The notes under the pieces are model-generated. The model saw only the letters and a program-made list of their open reading frames with translations. It was not told where the DNA came from and made no database searches. Position numbers and translations under genes: made by a program. Shown here piece after piece: positions 12,256-23,774 of a stretch of 43,155 nt of DNA (positions within the stretch are counted from its first letter, which is position 1; the number at the start of each line of letters is the position of its first letter). The DNA is from Octopus bimaculoides (lineage: Eukaryota), in assembly GCF_001194135.2 (NCBI RefSeq), contig NC_068987.1, forward strand, positions 60,538,011 through 60,581,165, given 5' to 3'.

Positions 12256-12372
12256 TTGCAGAAAAGAATCATAAGATGGATTATTCAAGTCAAGCCAACC
12301 AGCAGAAGACATAGGGGTAGACAAAGAATGAGATGGCTGGATAATATCCATCATTTCAGTTGGACACTCTAA
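12256..12372 (+). pseudogene. RTE-clade LINE ORF C-terminal fragment
   Basis: Translates LQKRIIRWIIQVKPTSRRHRGRQRMRWLDNI, matching the RTE/BovB-type R-x-RGRQRMRWLD motif. Confidence 0.7.
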
Positions 12373-12456
12373 GGAATCCAACCAGAAAGTCTAAAGACAG
12401 TTGCTTCTGATAAGACTTTCTGAAGAAGATGTTTGAGTACTCTCCCTCTATGACAC

Positions 12457-12896
12457 TCTTTTATATACTCTTTTACTCTATTACTTGTTTCAGTCATTTT
12501 ACTGTGGCCATGCTGCAGCACCGCCTTTAGTCAAGCAAATCGACTCCAGGACTTATTCTTTTGTAAGCCTAGTACTTATTCTATTGGTTTCTTTTGCCGA
12601 ACCGCTAAGTTACGTATACGGAAACACACCAGCATCGGTTGTCAAGCGATGTTGGGGGGACAAACACAGGCACACAAATACACACACACACATATATACA
12701 ACGGGCTTCTTTCAGTTTCTGTCTACCAAATCCATTCACAAGGCTTTGGTCGGCCCAAGGCTTTGGTCGGCCCAAGGCTTTGGTCGGCCCAAGGCTATAG
12801 TAGAAGACACTTGCCCAAGGTGCCACGCAGTGGGAATGAATCTGGAACCATGTGGTTCATAAGTAAGCTACTTACCACACAGCCACTCCTGCGCCT
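12457..12896 (-). mobile_element. Full-length, CpG-rich (young) SINE family B
   Basis: Minus-strand head GGCGCAGGAGTGGCTGTGTGGTAAG; 3' end GACTGAAACAAGTAA; internal 17-bp triplication at 12739-12796. Confidence 0.92.
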
Positions 12897-13547
12897 CTCA
12901 GCAATTATGAGTGAAGAAAAGGGGGATATGAATTTAAAGCTGCTTTCTTATGTAAATGTGGAGGGTGGAGTTGCAGCAAAAAAAAATGAAATGATATTGT
13001 TTGATTAAGCCATTTGCCTCTAATTCTTTGATGTCACACATCATGGAGAAATTATTTAGATTGTTTACAAATGAGATTCATTTTAAGAGTTGGAATTACA
13101 CAAAAGTACTTCGAAATGATTCAACTGCATTTTACAGATTCAATGAATTTTGTTTAGAAGAGCTATCTATGAATTCACAAAAGCACAGTTTCTTTGCTAA
13201 AATATTACATCTGTAGAATAAAACTATTTGGTGCCGTTTTAGACTTGCATAAAGTTTTCTTGAGATTTCAGATTTCATTGATTACTGCTTCAAGTATACA
13301 TATGTATGTATGTATGTATGTATTCTTGAATCAATAATCATTTTCAAAATGTAACCACATGTGAATCATTGGCAATTTCTTTTTCCTCTGCCTTCCTTTT
13401 CTCTTGGACTTTTCTGTCTCCTGTTTCTGAAGAAGAGTTTTACTCAAAACATAAACCCACCGTTCTTTCCTTCCCTGAGCATCTGTTAATACTTTNNNNN
13501 NNNNNNNNNNNNNNNNNNNNNNNNNNNNNNNNNNNNNNNNNNNNATA

Positions 13548-13808
13548 TATCATCATCATCATCATCATCGTTTAACGTCCGCTTTCCATGCTGGCATGGG
13601 TTGGAAGATTTGACTGAGGACTGGCAAGCAAGAAGGCTGCACCAGGCTCCAATCTGATCTGGCAGAGTTTCTACAGCTGGATGCCCTTCCTAATGCCAAC
13701 CATTCTGAGAATGTAGTGGATGCTTTTACGTGCCACTGACAAGAGGGCCAGTCACACGGTACTGGTAACAGCCACGCTCAAAAAGGTGTTTTTTATGTAC
13801 CACCTGCA
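13548..13808 (-). mobile_element. Family D 3' end
   Basis: (CAT)n tail plus conserved body and two internal repeat units. Confidence 0.9.
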
Positions 13809-13809
13809 T

Positions 13810-13846
<37 letters not shown>

Positions 13847-14323
13847 TGTTTATATATGCACATGCATGTATGTCTGTACAAGCTACTTCCCCTCTTTCAA
13901 ATACACCACTACTCAGTCAAGAAGGTATATTATTCTTTCTCCTTCTTTTCTTATTATGAGACAGTAATACCTCAGAAATGGATACCCTTAGCATATTTGT
14001 TCTGCATTGAGCTTACAGACACTCATTTGTCACTCTCTATATAAGGAATACAATGAAGCAGTGATTTTCCTCTTGAGAAACTGTAACCAATGATGTTTTT
14101 GATTCAAAATTGTGATATAGAATAAAGGAGACAATAAAGAACAAATAACAAATCCTTGCCGATTTCTGTTTTCTGTGGTGCCAATTTAGCACATCTGATT
14201 TCTGAATTCATTCAAAGCTAAAATTCGTTTTTATGCATAAAACTTTAACTTTTAGTTAGTCACTGCACCAGTAGGCTAACATGTTTCTTGTTGTTTTTGT
14301 AAATCTCAGAAAATCTTTGAAGT

Positions 14324-14390
<67 letters not shown>

Positions 14391-14553
14391 TGTGTGTCTG
14401 TGTACACAAGCACGCACATACATGCAAACACACACATATACACACACACAGACACAGGCCCATAATAAACATTTATATTTTATTGTTTCTAACAAGTGAC
14501 CTATATTTGGAAGGAAAAATATATGAAATAAAATGAAGACATTTACAAAATGA

Positions 14554-14630
14554 GAATAAAAATCCAACATACTTTCGAAGCCGTTTGTGAAAACTTGTAT
14601 TTCACACACGCACACACACACACACACCAC

Positions 14631-14686
<56 letters not shown>

Positions 14687-14759
14687 ATATATGTGGTGTG
14701 TGTGTGTATGAAATACAAGTTTTCACAAATGGCTTGGAAAGTATGTTGGATTTTTATTC
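14554..14759. repeat. Inverted duplication of a 51-bp non-microsatellite segment around (CA)/(TG) tracts
   Basis: 14554-14604 equals the reverse complement of 14709-14759 with 2 mismatches. Confidence 0.93.
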
Positions 14760-14761
14760 AC

Positions 14762-14818
<57 letters not shown>

Positions 14819-15282
14819 TTTCTTGTGTAACTTTAGTAATATTTGATTTTATTCCAATAATTCAATTTGGCTGTAATTGGCCAACTATCAGCACCTCTGC
14901 AACTACTGTCACACCAACTTATATATGTTGTCAGATTCACACTATCTAATTAACAAATTACCCAACCCTGCATTTTTGTGTTTTTTTTAATTTTATTTTT
15001 TCACTGTCAAACATCTAGTTAGCAAAAGCAGCTAAATATTTGAGAAAATGAAAAGTCACTACAAAAGCTAGCAAATGTAGAAAAAAAGATGCTAATGATA
15101 AAAATTAAATTAAAATGCAGTAAGTTACAAAGTATGTCACGTGAGTTCCAGTAAAAAAAAGATTTGAACTCCAAGGGAACTTTGAAGAGTAGTTGTAGCT
15201 TCAATCTGTGTTAGAAACAAATTACTGTCCTTTGTGCTGTTGATACTTTTTAGTGAGATATGAAGGTTAAAACTTTTTATTT

Positions 15283-15590
15283 GCTCTTAACCATGTGGTT
15301 TCTGGTTCAGTTTCATGACGCAGCATCTTGGGCAAGTGTCTTCTACAATAGCCCCCAAGCCAGAAAATTCCTTATGAGAGAATTTGGTTGATAGAAGCTA
15401 TGTAGATGCTCATCATGTATATATATATATACAGGTGTGGCTGTGTGGTAAGAAGCTTCCTTCCTAATCACATTGTTTCAGATTCAGTCCCGCTGCATGA
15501 CACCTTCGGCAAGTGTCTTCTACTATAGGCTCAGGCCAACCAAAGCCTTGAGAGTGGATTTGATAGATGGAAACTGAAAGAAGCCTATCA
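15283..15590 (+). mobile_element. Two tandem 5' halves of SINE family B
   Basis: Two GGTTCAGT...GGGCAAGTGTCTTCTAC-like heads at about 15283-15415 and 15435-15590. Confidence 0.8.
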
Positions 15591-15627
15591 TATATATATA
15601 CATATATATATATATATATGCATGTAT

Positions 15628-15903
15628 ATTAAAATTAATCAAAGGACATACTAAGTATGTCTACCTGCTGGAAATAACAGTCAAAACTCTTATTTAAATT
15701 GCCAAAATACACTGATAATAACTACAGAAATCAACTGTCCGAAGGAAAATGGGCTAATACAATACAACTGTATTAGCCCATTTGCCTTCGGACAGTCGAT
15801 TTCTGTAGTTATTAATCAGTGTATTTTGGTGACTTAAGTAAGAGTTTTGACTGTTATTTCCAGCAGGTCAACATACTTTGTATGTCCTTTGATTAATTTT
15901 AAT
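15628..15903. repeat. 276-bp near-perfect fold-back palindrome (probable MITE-like element)
   Basis: Arms of about 134 bp, from ATTAAAATTAATCAAAGGACATAC to GGGCTAATACA; 7-nt loop ATACAAC at 15762-15768. Confidence 0.93.
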
Positions 15904-16052
15904 CCTTCAGCTACTTAATGCATTTTGGAGGCCTGCAATCGCCTATATTATTGATTTTGTTATTATCATTTTTAAATTGTTACACTAGATAATAGCAGAG
16001 TCAATGGTGTCTTCACAAATTATTTTTTCGGGAATTATTTTTTCTCATGAAT

Positions 16053-16082
16053 TATCAAGTCATCCCATAAATTCTGTCCGAA
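16053..16082 (+). mobile_element. Solo terminal inverted repeat of the 2911-4192 mariner family
   Basis: TATCAAGTCATCCCATAAATTCTGTCCGA matches the TIR at 27/29 positions, including the TA. Confidence 0.85.
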
Positions 16083-16524
16083 CAGGAGAGATAAGCACCT
16101 CCACCCAACAAAGCCAGTATCCTGGGACTGCCACATTAAGTTGGCAACAAGCCATCACCTTATCGTATTGCTACTGCATAACTCTCTTTGAGAAATTTAG
16201 AAATGCAATATTTCTAATTTTGTAGATCAGTGAATTTATTTCACTTGAAATTCTATAAGTTTTCAACAGTGATATAGCACTGACAGCTAGCAAGGCTATG
16301 CCTTTTTCGTCTGCAACACGGTGTTGTTTTCAGTTGTTACCTGTAGTATGTGAGTTCGTTTCCTGTTCTGTTATTGTGCATTTTTGTTATGTTTAAACTG
16401 AACATTTTATTGGAATTTGATCTGTTGTCCTGTGGAAAACTGTAATTTTCACCCTACAGGGTAGAAAGTTTCTGTAAATTTATTGAACTGTGATTTTGTG
16501 AAGACAATTTCTGGAAATTTTCAT

Positions 16525-16765
16525 GTTGTGTGTGTGTGTGTGTGTGTCATTGTGTTTGTGCTTGTCACCTGCCACTAGTTGATCACCAATTTTGATTTGT
16601 TTGCACCCCTGTAACTTAGCAGTTCAGCAAAAGGAACTGATAGAATAAATGCCAGACATATAAAAACAAACATAAGAACTGGGTTTGATTTGTTTGACTA
16701 AATCCTTCAAGGCTATGCTCCATTATGGCTCCAGTTCAATGACTGGAACAAATAAAAGAAAAGAT
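16525..16765 (+). mobile_element. SINE family B, 3' half
   Basis: (TG)n, then ...GTAACTTAGCAGTTCAGCAAAAGG...GACTGGAACAAATAAAAG. Confidence 0.75.
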
Positions 16766-17381
16766 AATATGAGGCCCAAATACAGACTATTTAAAATTTT
16801 ATTTTTATAACTGTTCAAAGTTTTGANNNNNNNNNNNNNNNNNNNNNNNNNNNNNNNNNNNNNNNNNNNNNNNNNNNNNNNNNNNNNNNNNNNNNNNNNN
16901 NNNNNNNNNNNNNNNNNNNNNNNNNNNNNNNNNNNNNNNNNNNNNNNNNNNNNNNNNNNNNNNNNNNNNNNNNNNNNNNNNNNNNNNNNNNNNNNNNNNN
17001 NNNNNNNNNNNNNNNNNNNNNNNNNNNNNNNNNNNNNNNNNNNNNNNNNNNNNNNNNNNNNNNNNNNNNNNNNNNNNNNNNNNNNNNNNNNNNNNNNNNN
17101 NNNNNNNNNNNNNNNNNNNNNNNNNNNNNNNNNNNNNNNNNNNNNNNNNNNNNNNNNNNNNNNNNNNNNNNNNNNNNNNNNNNNNNNNNNNNNNNNNNNN
17201 NNNNNNNNNNNNNNNNNNNNNNNNNNNNNNNNNNNNNNNNNNNNNNNNNNNNNNNNNNNNNNNNNNNNNNNNNNNNNNNNNNNNNNNNNNNNNNNNNNNN
17301 NNNNNNNNNNNNNNNNNNNNNNNNNNNNNNNNNNNNNNNNNNNNNNNNNNNNNNNNNNNNNNNNNNNNNNNNNNNNNNNNN

Positions 17382-17424
<43 letters not shown>

Positions 17425-17652
17425 ATATATATATATATATGTATGTATATGTATGTATATATATATGTATGTATATATATATATATATACATATATGTAT
17501 GTATATACATATATATTTATACATATGTATACAGATGTATATTTATATATATGTGTGTATATTACTCTTTTACTCGTTTCAGTCATGTTGTTGTGGCCAT
17601 GCTGGAGCACCACAGTATACATATATGTATATATATATGTATATATATATAC

Positions 17653-18009
17653 TGTTGTTGGCACTCCGTCGCTTATGACGTCGAGGGTTCCAGTTGATCC
17701 GATCAACGGAACAGCTTGCTCATGAAATTAACGTGCAAGTGGCTGAGCACTCCATACACATGTGTACCCTTAACGTAGTTCTCGGGGATATTCAGCGTGA
17801 CACAGTGTGACAAGGCTGACCCTTTGAATTACAGGCACAACAGAAACAGGAAGTAAGAGTGAGAGAAAGTTGTGGTGAAAGAGTACAGCAGGGTTCGCCA
17901 CCATCCCCTGCCGGAGATTCGTGGAGCTTTAGTCGTTTTCACTCAACAAACACTCACAACGCCCGGTCTGTGAATCGAAACCGCAATCCTATGACTGCGA
18001 GTCCACTGC
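17653..18009 (-). mobile_element. SINE family A, lacking about the first 25 bp
   Basis: High identity to the reverse complement of 6025-6413. Confidence 0.92.
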
Positions 18010-18459
18010 AGTAAATATAAGTAAATGTAGGGAAAAGCAAGTTAGGCAGATCAATATATAAAGTATATTAAATCTATGAAATACAAAACATTTATACATA
18101 TAAGAAGGTTCAACTTACACAGAATACAAATGATATAGAGAATTAAAGGGTTTGTGGAAAAGTATTACCAATCCAACAGCTGTATTTGGGGGCTCAGTGG
18201 TCCATACTACTGCTTGTAGATTGATTCCCTCAAAGGATGAGACGAACTTCCGTCTTCAGGGAAGAAATCTTACATTTGAGATGTTAAAGGAAAGATGTTC
18301 AAAGATTTTCATGTATTCGATATACTTTATATACTGATCTATCTAATTTGCTTATCCTTACATTCACTTCTACACCTGCTCACGTTTAAATCTCTTGAGT
18401 ACTATTAAGTGTATTCTATATGGTGAATATCTGGATCTTTACTATGAACTATATATATA

Positions 18460-18471
18460 TGCATGTATGTA

Positions 18472-18507
<36 letters not shown>

Positions 18508-18652
18508 TGTATGTATGTATGTATGTATGTATGTATGTATGTATGTATGTATATGTATGTATGCATATATGTATGTATGTACATACGTACGTATGTATTT
18601 ATGTATGTATGTATGTATGTATGTATGTATGTATGTATGTATGTATGTATGT
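18460..18652. repeat. (TATG)n microsatellite
   Basis: Seen directly; further tracts at 18762-18860 and 19136-19205. Confidence 0.98.
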
Positions 18653-19133
18653 CATTATTCAGTTTATTTCAAGATTCCTTCCCAATAGAGAAAGAACTGG
18701 TTTCTACCTTAAATCCAAGGCTCCTTCATTGGAATTTCAGTATCAACGACAGGGTATTTTTGTATGTATGTATGTATGTATGTATGTATGTATGTATGTA
18801 TGTATGTGTGTATGTATGTATGTATGTATGTATGTATGTATGTGTGTATGTATGTATGTATATATGTATTATGTATTCTCATGTATATAGTTGCATATCT
18901 AGACATGCTCATATTTATTTAAATGATAAACTGCTGGAAAGTTTTACGAATTTTTACAGTTCCAGTAATGGATTGGGTCTGTAGTCTTTGAATTAACTTT
19001 CTCCTTTCTGGTTTTGAGAAGCCTGATTTCTCAAAATTGGTATTTAGGTAGTGTGTTACATATCCCAGGGCCCCAATAATTACAGGTATAAACCTGAACT
19101 TGTAATCTGGATATAGTGACTGCAGATTTCTCA

Positions 19134-19136
<3 letters not shown>
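18650..19136 (-). mobile_element. 5'-truncated non-LTR retrotransposon of restriction-like-endonuclease type (R2/R4/NeSL-like): ORF end plus 3' UTR
   Basis: 18919-19136 translates LRNLQSLYPDYKFRFIPVIIGALGYVTHYLNTNFEKSGFSKPERRKLIQRLQTQSITGTVKIRKTF, matching the P-x-I-I-G-A-L-G ... LQ...GT..I C-terminus of RLE domains. Bounded by (ATAC)n on both sides. Confidence 0.78.
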
Positions 19137-19164
<28 letters not shown>

Positions 19165-19254
19165 TGTATGTATGTATGTATGTATACATGCATGTGTATG
19201 TATGTACATATATACAATGATCGCAAAAGAATGGAGAATTATATCTGTTCTTGC

Positions 19255-19497
19255 AGATATGTGTGTATGTGTATATGCCTTTTTATGTGTGTTTGTCTAC
19301 CACCACCACCACCACCACCACTTGACAACTGGTGCTAGTTTGTTTACATCTCTGTAACTTACCAGTTTGGTAAAACAAACCAAAAGTATAAACACCGCAC
19401 TTAGCAAAATAAGTACTGGGGTTGATTTGTCCATCCAAAACCCTTCCAGGCAGCGCCCCAGCATGGCCACAACCCAATGATTGAACCAAGTAAAGAA
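19255..19497 (+). mobile_element. SINE family B, 3' half
   Basis: CTTGACAACTGGTGCTAGTTTGTTTAC...CAGCATGGCCAC...GAACCAAGTAAAG. Confidence 0.8.
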
Positions 19498-19647
19498 ATA
19501 GCCGATAAACAACATCTGTACCCAGACATACTTAGTCTGCTATATTTCTCTCAATGTGTCTCACAATCATGTAATATATATTTTCATATCTTCCAGTCCA
19601 TGATTTATTTCTGTTTTATACTTTTTCTCTTCAGTCCATTATTTATC

Positions 19648-19823
19648 CTTTTGTACTCTAGGCACAAGGCCCTAAATTTTGGGGGAGTGGGGCCAGTTGA
19701 TTAGATCAAAGGATGAAAGGCAAAGTCAACCTCGGCAGAATTTGAACTCAGAACGTAAATTCAGACGAAATGCTGCTAGGCATTTCGCCCGGCATGCTAA
19801 CATTTCTGCCAGCTCGCCGCCTT
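19648..19823 (-). mobile_element. SINE family C variant with internal deletion and long target duplication
   Basis: CTTCAGTCCATTATTTATC at 19629-19647 and 19821-19839; CpGs retained. Confidence 0.9.
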
Positions 19824-19944
19824 CAGTCCATTATTTATCAATCACCAGCTATCCTATTCCTACATGTACTCATACACAATTATATATCTCCATAAGCTGA
19901 GTTTTTGACATGGATCCCTTATTTTGAATACAGGGTTTGGGAGT

Positions 19945-20173
19945 TTAACTCCTTAACATTCAGATTACTCTGTCAAATGTAATGCTTATTTATTCACATT
20001 GAAATGAATTAATCATGAAGTGTCTTGTAGCCTCAAAATTTTGGATGATGTGACCTTTTATCTTTAGAATGACATTGTTGGGTGGGTATGAAAGGCCAGA
20101 TCTGGCTAGTCTGAACATAAAGCAGGCAGAATATTTTGGTCAGATATGGCTTGTTTAAATGCTAAAGGGTTAA
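19945..20173 (-). mobile_element. Complete TTAA/CCCTT-type (piggyBac-like) MITE
   Basis: TTAA at both ends, with imperfect TIRs TTAACTCCTTAACATT / AATGCTAAAGGGTTAA. Confidence 0.85.
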
Positions 20174-20332
20174 TATTACAATTACTTTGTAGATAAAGGA
20201 CTGAGGTTTCTGGTGGTTTGCTGTACTGGAGTAGACACATCAAGCTAAGCAAGATCGTGGTTGTCCTTTGTATACAGACATGTCCCCTACATCCCTCTTC
20301 AGGTGGGTGATCCTAATCTTATGAGCTCATGG

Positions 20333-20510
20333 GTGCTGGTATCATGTAAAATGTACTGATACCAGTACCACATAAAAGCACCCAATACACTTTGTAAAGT
20401 GGTTGGCATTAGGAAGGGCATCTAGCCATAGAAACCATACCAAAACAGGCATTGGGTCTGGTCAGCTTCTCAGCAAGCTAGCTCCTGTTAAACCATCCAG
20501 CATGGAAAAG

Positions 20511-20562
<52 letters not shown>
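20333..20562 (+). mobile_element. Family D 3' end (older subfamily)
   Basis: GTGGTTGGCATTAGGAAGGGCATC...CAGCATGGAAAAGG(GAT)n. Confidence 0.85.
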
Positions 20563-20563
<1 letters not shown>

Positions 20564-20834
20564 GTAGAAATTGTAGAAATAGGAGTAATAGACCTGAGTG
20601 AAAGGCAATTATTGTTGTTTTTTTTTACTGTGACAGGCATGACAAATATTCTCACAATGGAAAGAGATGATTGAGTATGACTGTGGATGAGGTCAATTTA
20701 GCAGTTCTAACTGGACATTCAACTTGTTTTGATGATAGTACGTTAGCTCTGGATGAAAAAGCGCGCGCGCGCACAGAAATATATATGTACAGGTAGAGAG
20801 AGTGAGAGGGACATTACATATACATACATAAAAA

Positions 20835-21059
20835 GCATCGGTGTGGGTGCTGGTGCCACATAAAAACAGTGGTGATGGTACCATGTATAAAGCACCTAGT
20901 ACACTCTCTGAAGTGGTTGGCGTTAGGAAGGACATCCAGCTGTAGAAACCAAGCCAAAACAGACCATGGAACCTGGTGCGGTCCCTGGCCTTGTCAGTCC
21001 CTGTTAAATCATCCAACCCATGCCTGTATGGAAAACAGACATTAAATGATGATGATGAT
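20835..21059 (+). mobile_element. Family D 3' end
   Basis: GTGGTTGGCGTTAGGAAGGACATCCAGC...GACATTAAAT(GAT)n. Confidence 0.85.
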
Positions 21060-21285
21060 ACAAACATAACTACATGCTCACACACATAAACAGAGAGTAA
21101 GAGAGAGAGGGATGAGGAAGATAGAGACATATTGCACAGACATACACGCATAATTCATATAGATAAAGAGAGAGAAAGGAGAAACATTAAAATGCCTGAT
21201 GTTGATTAAGTTGGCACTGAATCAGTGACACCACAGATTGCTTAAATGGCTGTATTAAAGAGCCTCATACCCATCTCTGGGTGCA

Positions 21286-21768
21286 TTAATCCTTTAGACT
21301 ATATCCAGTCTAAATACTCTACCTATTTTATGTTCAAACTGGGTAGATCTAACCTCTCACATCTACCTTACAATGCCATTCCAAAAATGAACACTTTCAT
21401 GATTGTGATCTCAAAGCTACAAGATGAGCTGTGATTAATTCAAAACAATAGCTCCCATGCCGGTGGTATGTAAAAAACACCATTCGAGCATGTTCGATTC
21501 CAGTGCAACCAGACTGGCCCCTGTGCTGGTGGCATGTAAAAAGCACCCACTACACTCTCAGAGTGGTTGGTGTTAGGAAGGGCATCCAGCTGTAGAAACC
21601 TTGCCAGCTCAGACTGGAGCCTGGTACAGCCTCCTAGTTTGCCAGTCTTGAGTCAAACCGTCCAACCCATGCCAGCATGGAAAGCAGACATTAAATGATG
21701 ATGCTGATGTTGATGATGAATAAATAAGCATTTCATTTGACAGAGTAATCTGAATACTAAGAGGTTAA
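21286..21768 (+). mobile_element. TTAA/CCCTT MITE split by a family D insertion (21451-21718)
   Basis: MITE sequence stops at CAAAACAAT (21449) and resumes at GAATAAATAAGC (21718), ending GAGGTTAA. Confidence 0.85.
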
Positions 21769-21783
21769 GCACTAGTTTTTCTC

Positions 21784-21960
21784 TTGTTGTTGGTCCTAAA
21801 TTACGCAAACCTTTGATTAAAGGCATTCCAGTCATGACTCTCCTGTCTATTCTTTATGTATCAGAAACTCAGAACCAAATTATTCAATGTTTTTGTTTTC
21901 AGACAATAGGGTGTGATTTAAGGGAGACTTAGCTGCTATATCTAGCAGTCTGATCAATCA
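21784..21960 (-). mobile_element. (AAC)n-tailed repeat, family F
   Basis: AAAGGCATTCCAG and GTGTGATTTAAGGGAGACTTAGCTGCTA motifs; related to 23400-23564, 23690-23774 and 24520-24600. Confidence 0.65.
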
Positions 21961-22609
21961 TTTAAATACAGCCTTGTTGGCACATAATCACTTATTCAGT
22001 ACTATGTGCACTTGGCTGGTTTTCCATTTTGTTTCTACATATTTTTTGGCCTTTCATAATAAAATATATTTCAAAACAAGAATCTGTTTATTTCCAACAA
22101 ATCAAAACATTTAAACCATTTTTTAAATATATTGTTATGTTTAACATGTTATAAACACAGTGTGATGCTTTTCAAAGTTTATATATTTTTCTATCACCAA
22201 GAAACAAATCTATCAACTGATGTAGCTTGCTAAAAAAATAAAACTCTCACATAGTATTTACTGGAGAGCATACTAAAAAGACTTGATGTGACTAGCTTTC
22301 TTCACTGAATATGAAGCCAGAAATTTTCTTCAGAAGGGAGAATATGAGTTGTAATATCTATACATTTCCTTCATGGAAGTATGAAGGTGTATGGCCATGA
22401 TGAAATATAAATGGTAACATACATGTGTGTTGTGCCACAAAACTACAATGACAGGTAAGGTTTTCATTTAGAAGAGCAAATGTTAGTCCCAATTTTGCTC
22501 AAATCCTTGAACTAAGGAGAAGCAGTTCAATGTGAATAAATAAGCATTGACTTTGACAGAATAATCTGAATGCTAAATGGTTAAATAAAAAGATCTTGTG
22601 CTACTGTGG

Positions 22610-22610
<1 letters not shown>

Positions 22611-22646
<36 letters not shown>

Positions 22647-23024
22647 GTTTAACGTCTGCTTTCCATGCTAGCATGGGTTGGACGATTTGACTGAGGACTG
22701 GTGAACCAGGTGGCTACACCAGGCTCCAATCTGATTTGGCAGAGTTTCTACAGCTGGATGCCCTTCCTAACACCAACCACTCTGAGAGTGTAGTGGNNNN
22801 NNNNNNCTACACCAGGCTCCAATCTGATTTGGCAGAGTTTCTACAGCTGGATGCCCTTCCTAACACCAACCACTCTGAGAGTGTAGTGGGTGCTTTTACA
22901 TGCCACCAGCACGAAGGCCAGTCAGGTGGTACTCGCAACCGCCACGCTCAAAATGGTGTATTTTATGTTCCACCCGCACAAGAGCCAGTCCAGCAGAACT
23001 GGCAACGATCTCGCTCGAATGACT
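22611..23024 (-). mobile_element. Family D 3' end spanning a 10-N gap
   Basis: Conserved body; 83 bp are duplicated across the gap (assembly overlap). Confidence 0.9.
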
Positions 23025-23386
23025 CAGTGGTTTTCAAACAAGATCCATGTGGCCCTCAATGGTTCATTAAAGATTTTTGGGGTCCACACAATAAAACAGT
23101 AGATTAGAGGTCCACAATAGTATTTTAAGGGCCCCTAAAAAAATTTGGTCTTTGGTGTATGTATTGGTGTGTATTTCAAGAAACACCTAGGTTTCTTTCT
23201 CTAACATTTTACATAGTTCAACCAACACAAGTTAATGTGTGAAAAACAAAACGTTTCTGGTTTCTGAAGTATTTTCAAAGAAGTATCGATAAAACTAGTT
23301 CTCAAACATCTAATGGCTATGGGGGTCCACCAGAATAAAATAATAATCAAAGGGGCCCTTAGATAAAAAGTGGTCGAGAACCCCTG
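23025..23386. mobile_element. hAT-type MITE
   Basis: Ends CAGTGGTTTTCAAAC and GGTCGAGAACCCCTG (reverse complement CAGGGGTTCTCGACC), typical hAT termini. An 8-bp TSD is not evident. Confidence 0.75.
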
Positions 23387-23399
23387 ATATACATGATCA

Positions 23400-23774
23400 C
23401 TTAGATGCAAGAAATGACAGCTAAATCTCCCTCAGATCACATCCTACTATCTTCAAAATTAAATGGTAAGACATGTTCAACAATGAAGTCTCAGATATTC
23501 TAAAATAACATAATGAATATGTCCGAATGTTTTTGAGCATTGGCTCAGCTCAATCAACAACAAAGAAGCATCTCGTCAGGTGTTCTTCTCTCTTGAACAC
23601 CATGTTACCAAATATTAATTTCTGTAAGCCAATGAAAGAGCTACGATATGCTAGATATAACAGCCATATTTCCATTAAATGATACACTGCTATCTTAAGA
23701 AAGAAAGACATGTTAGTCACAGCTGGAACACCATTGATCACTCCATAGCTGATCTAGGGTTAATCAACAACAAA
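23400..23774 (+). mobile_element. Two decayed family F copies
   Basis: CAGCTAAATCTCCCTCAGATCACA body; two AATCAACAACAAA tails. Confidence 0.6.

Noticed and set aside
22714-22889. 83-bp perfect tandem duplication
   Set aside because: Identical copies sit on either side of a 10-N gap, the signature of an unmerged contig overlap.
23552-23774. 13-bp direct repeat AATCAACAACAAA as a target-site duplication
   Set aside because: Better explained as the (AAC)n tails of two neighbouring family F copies.
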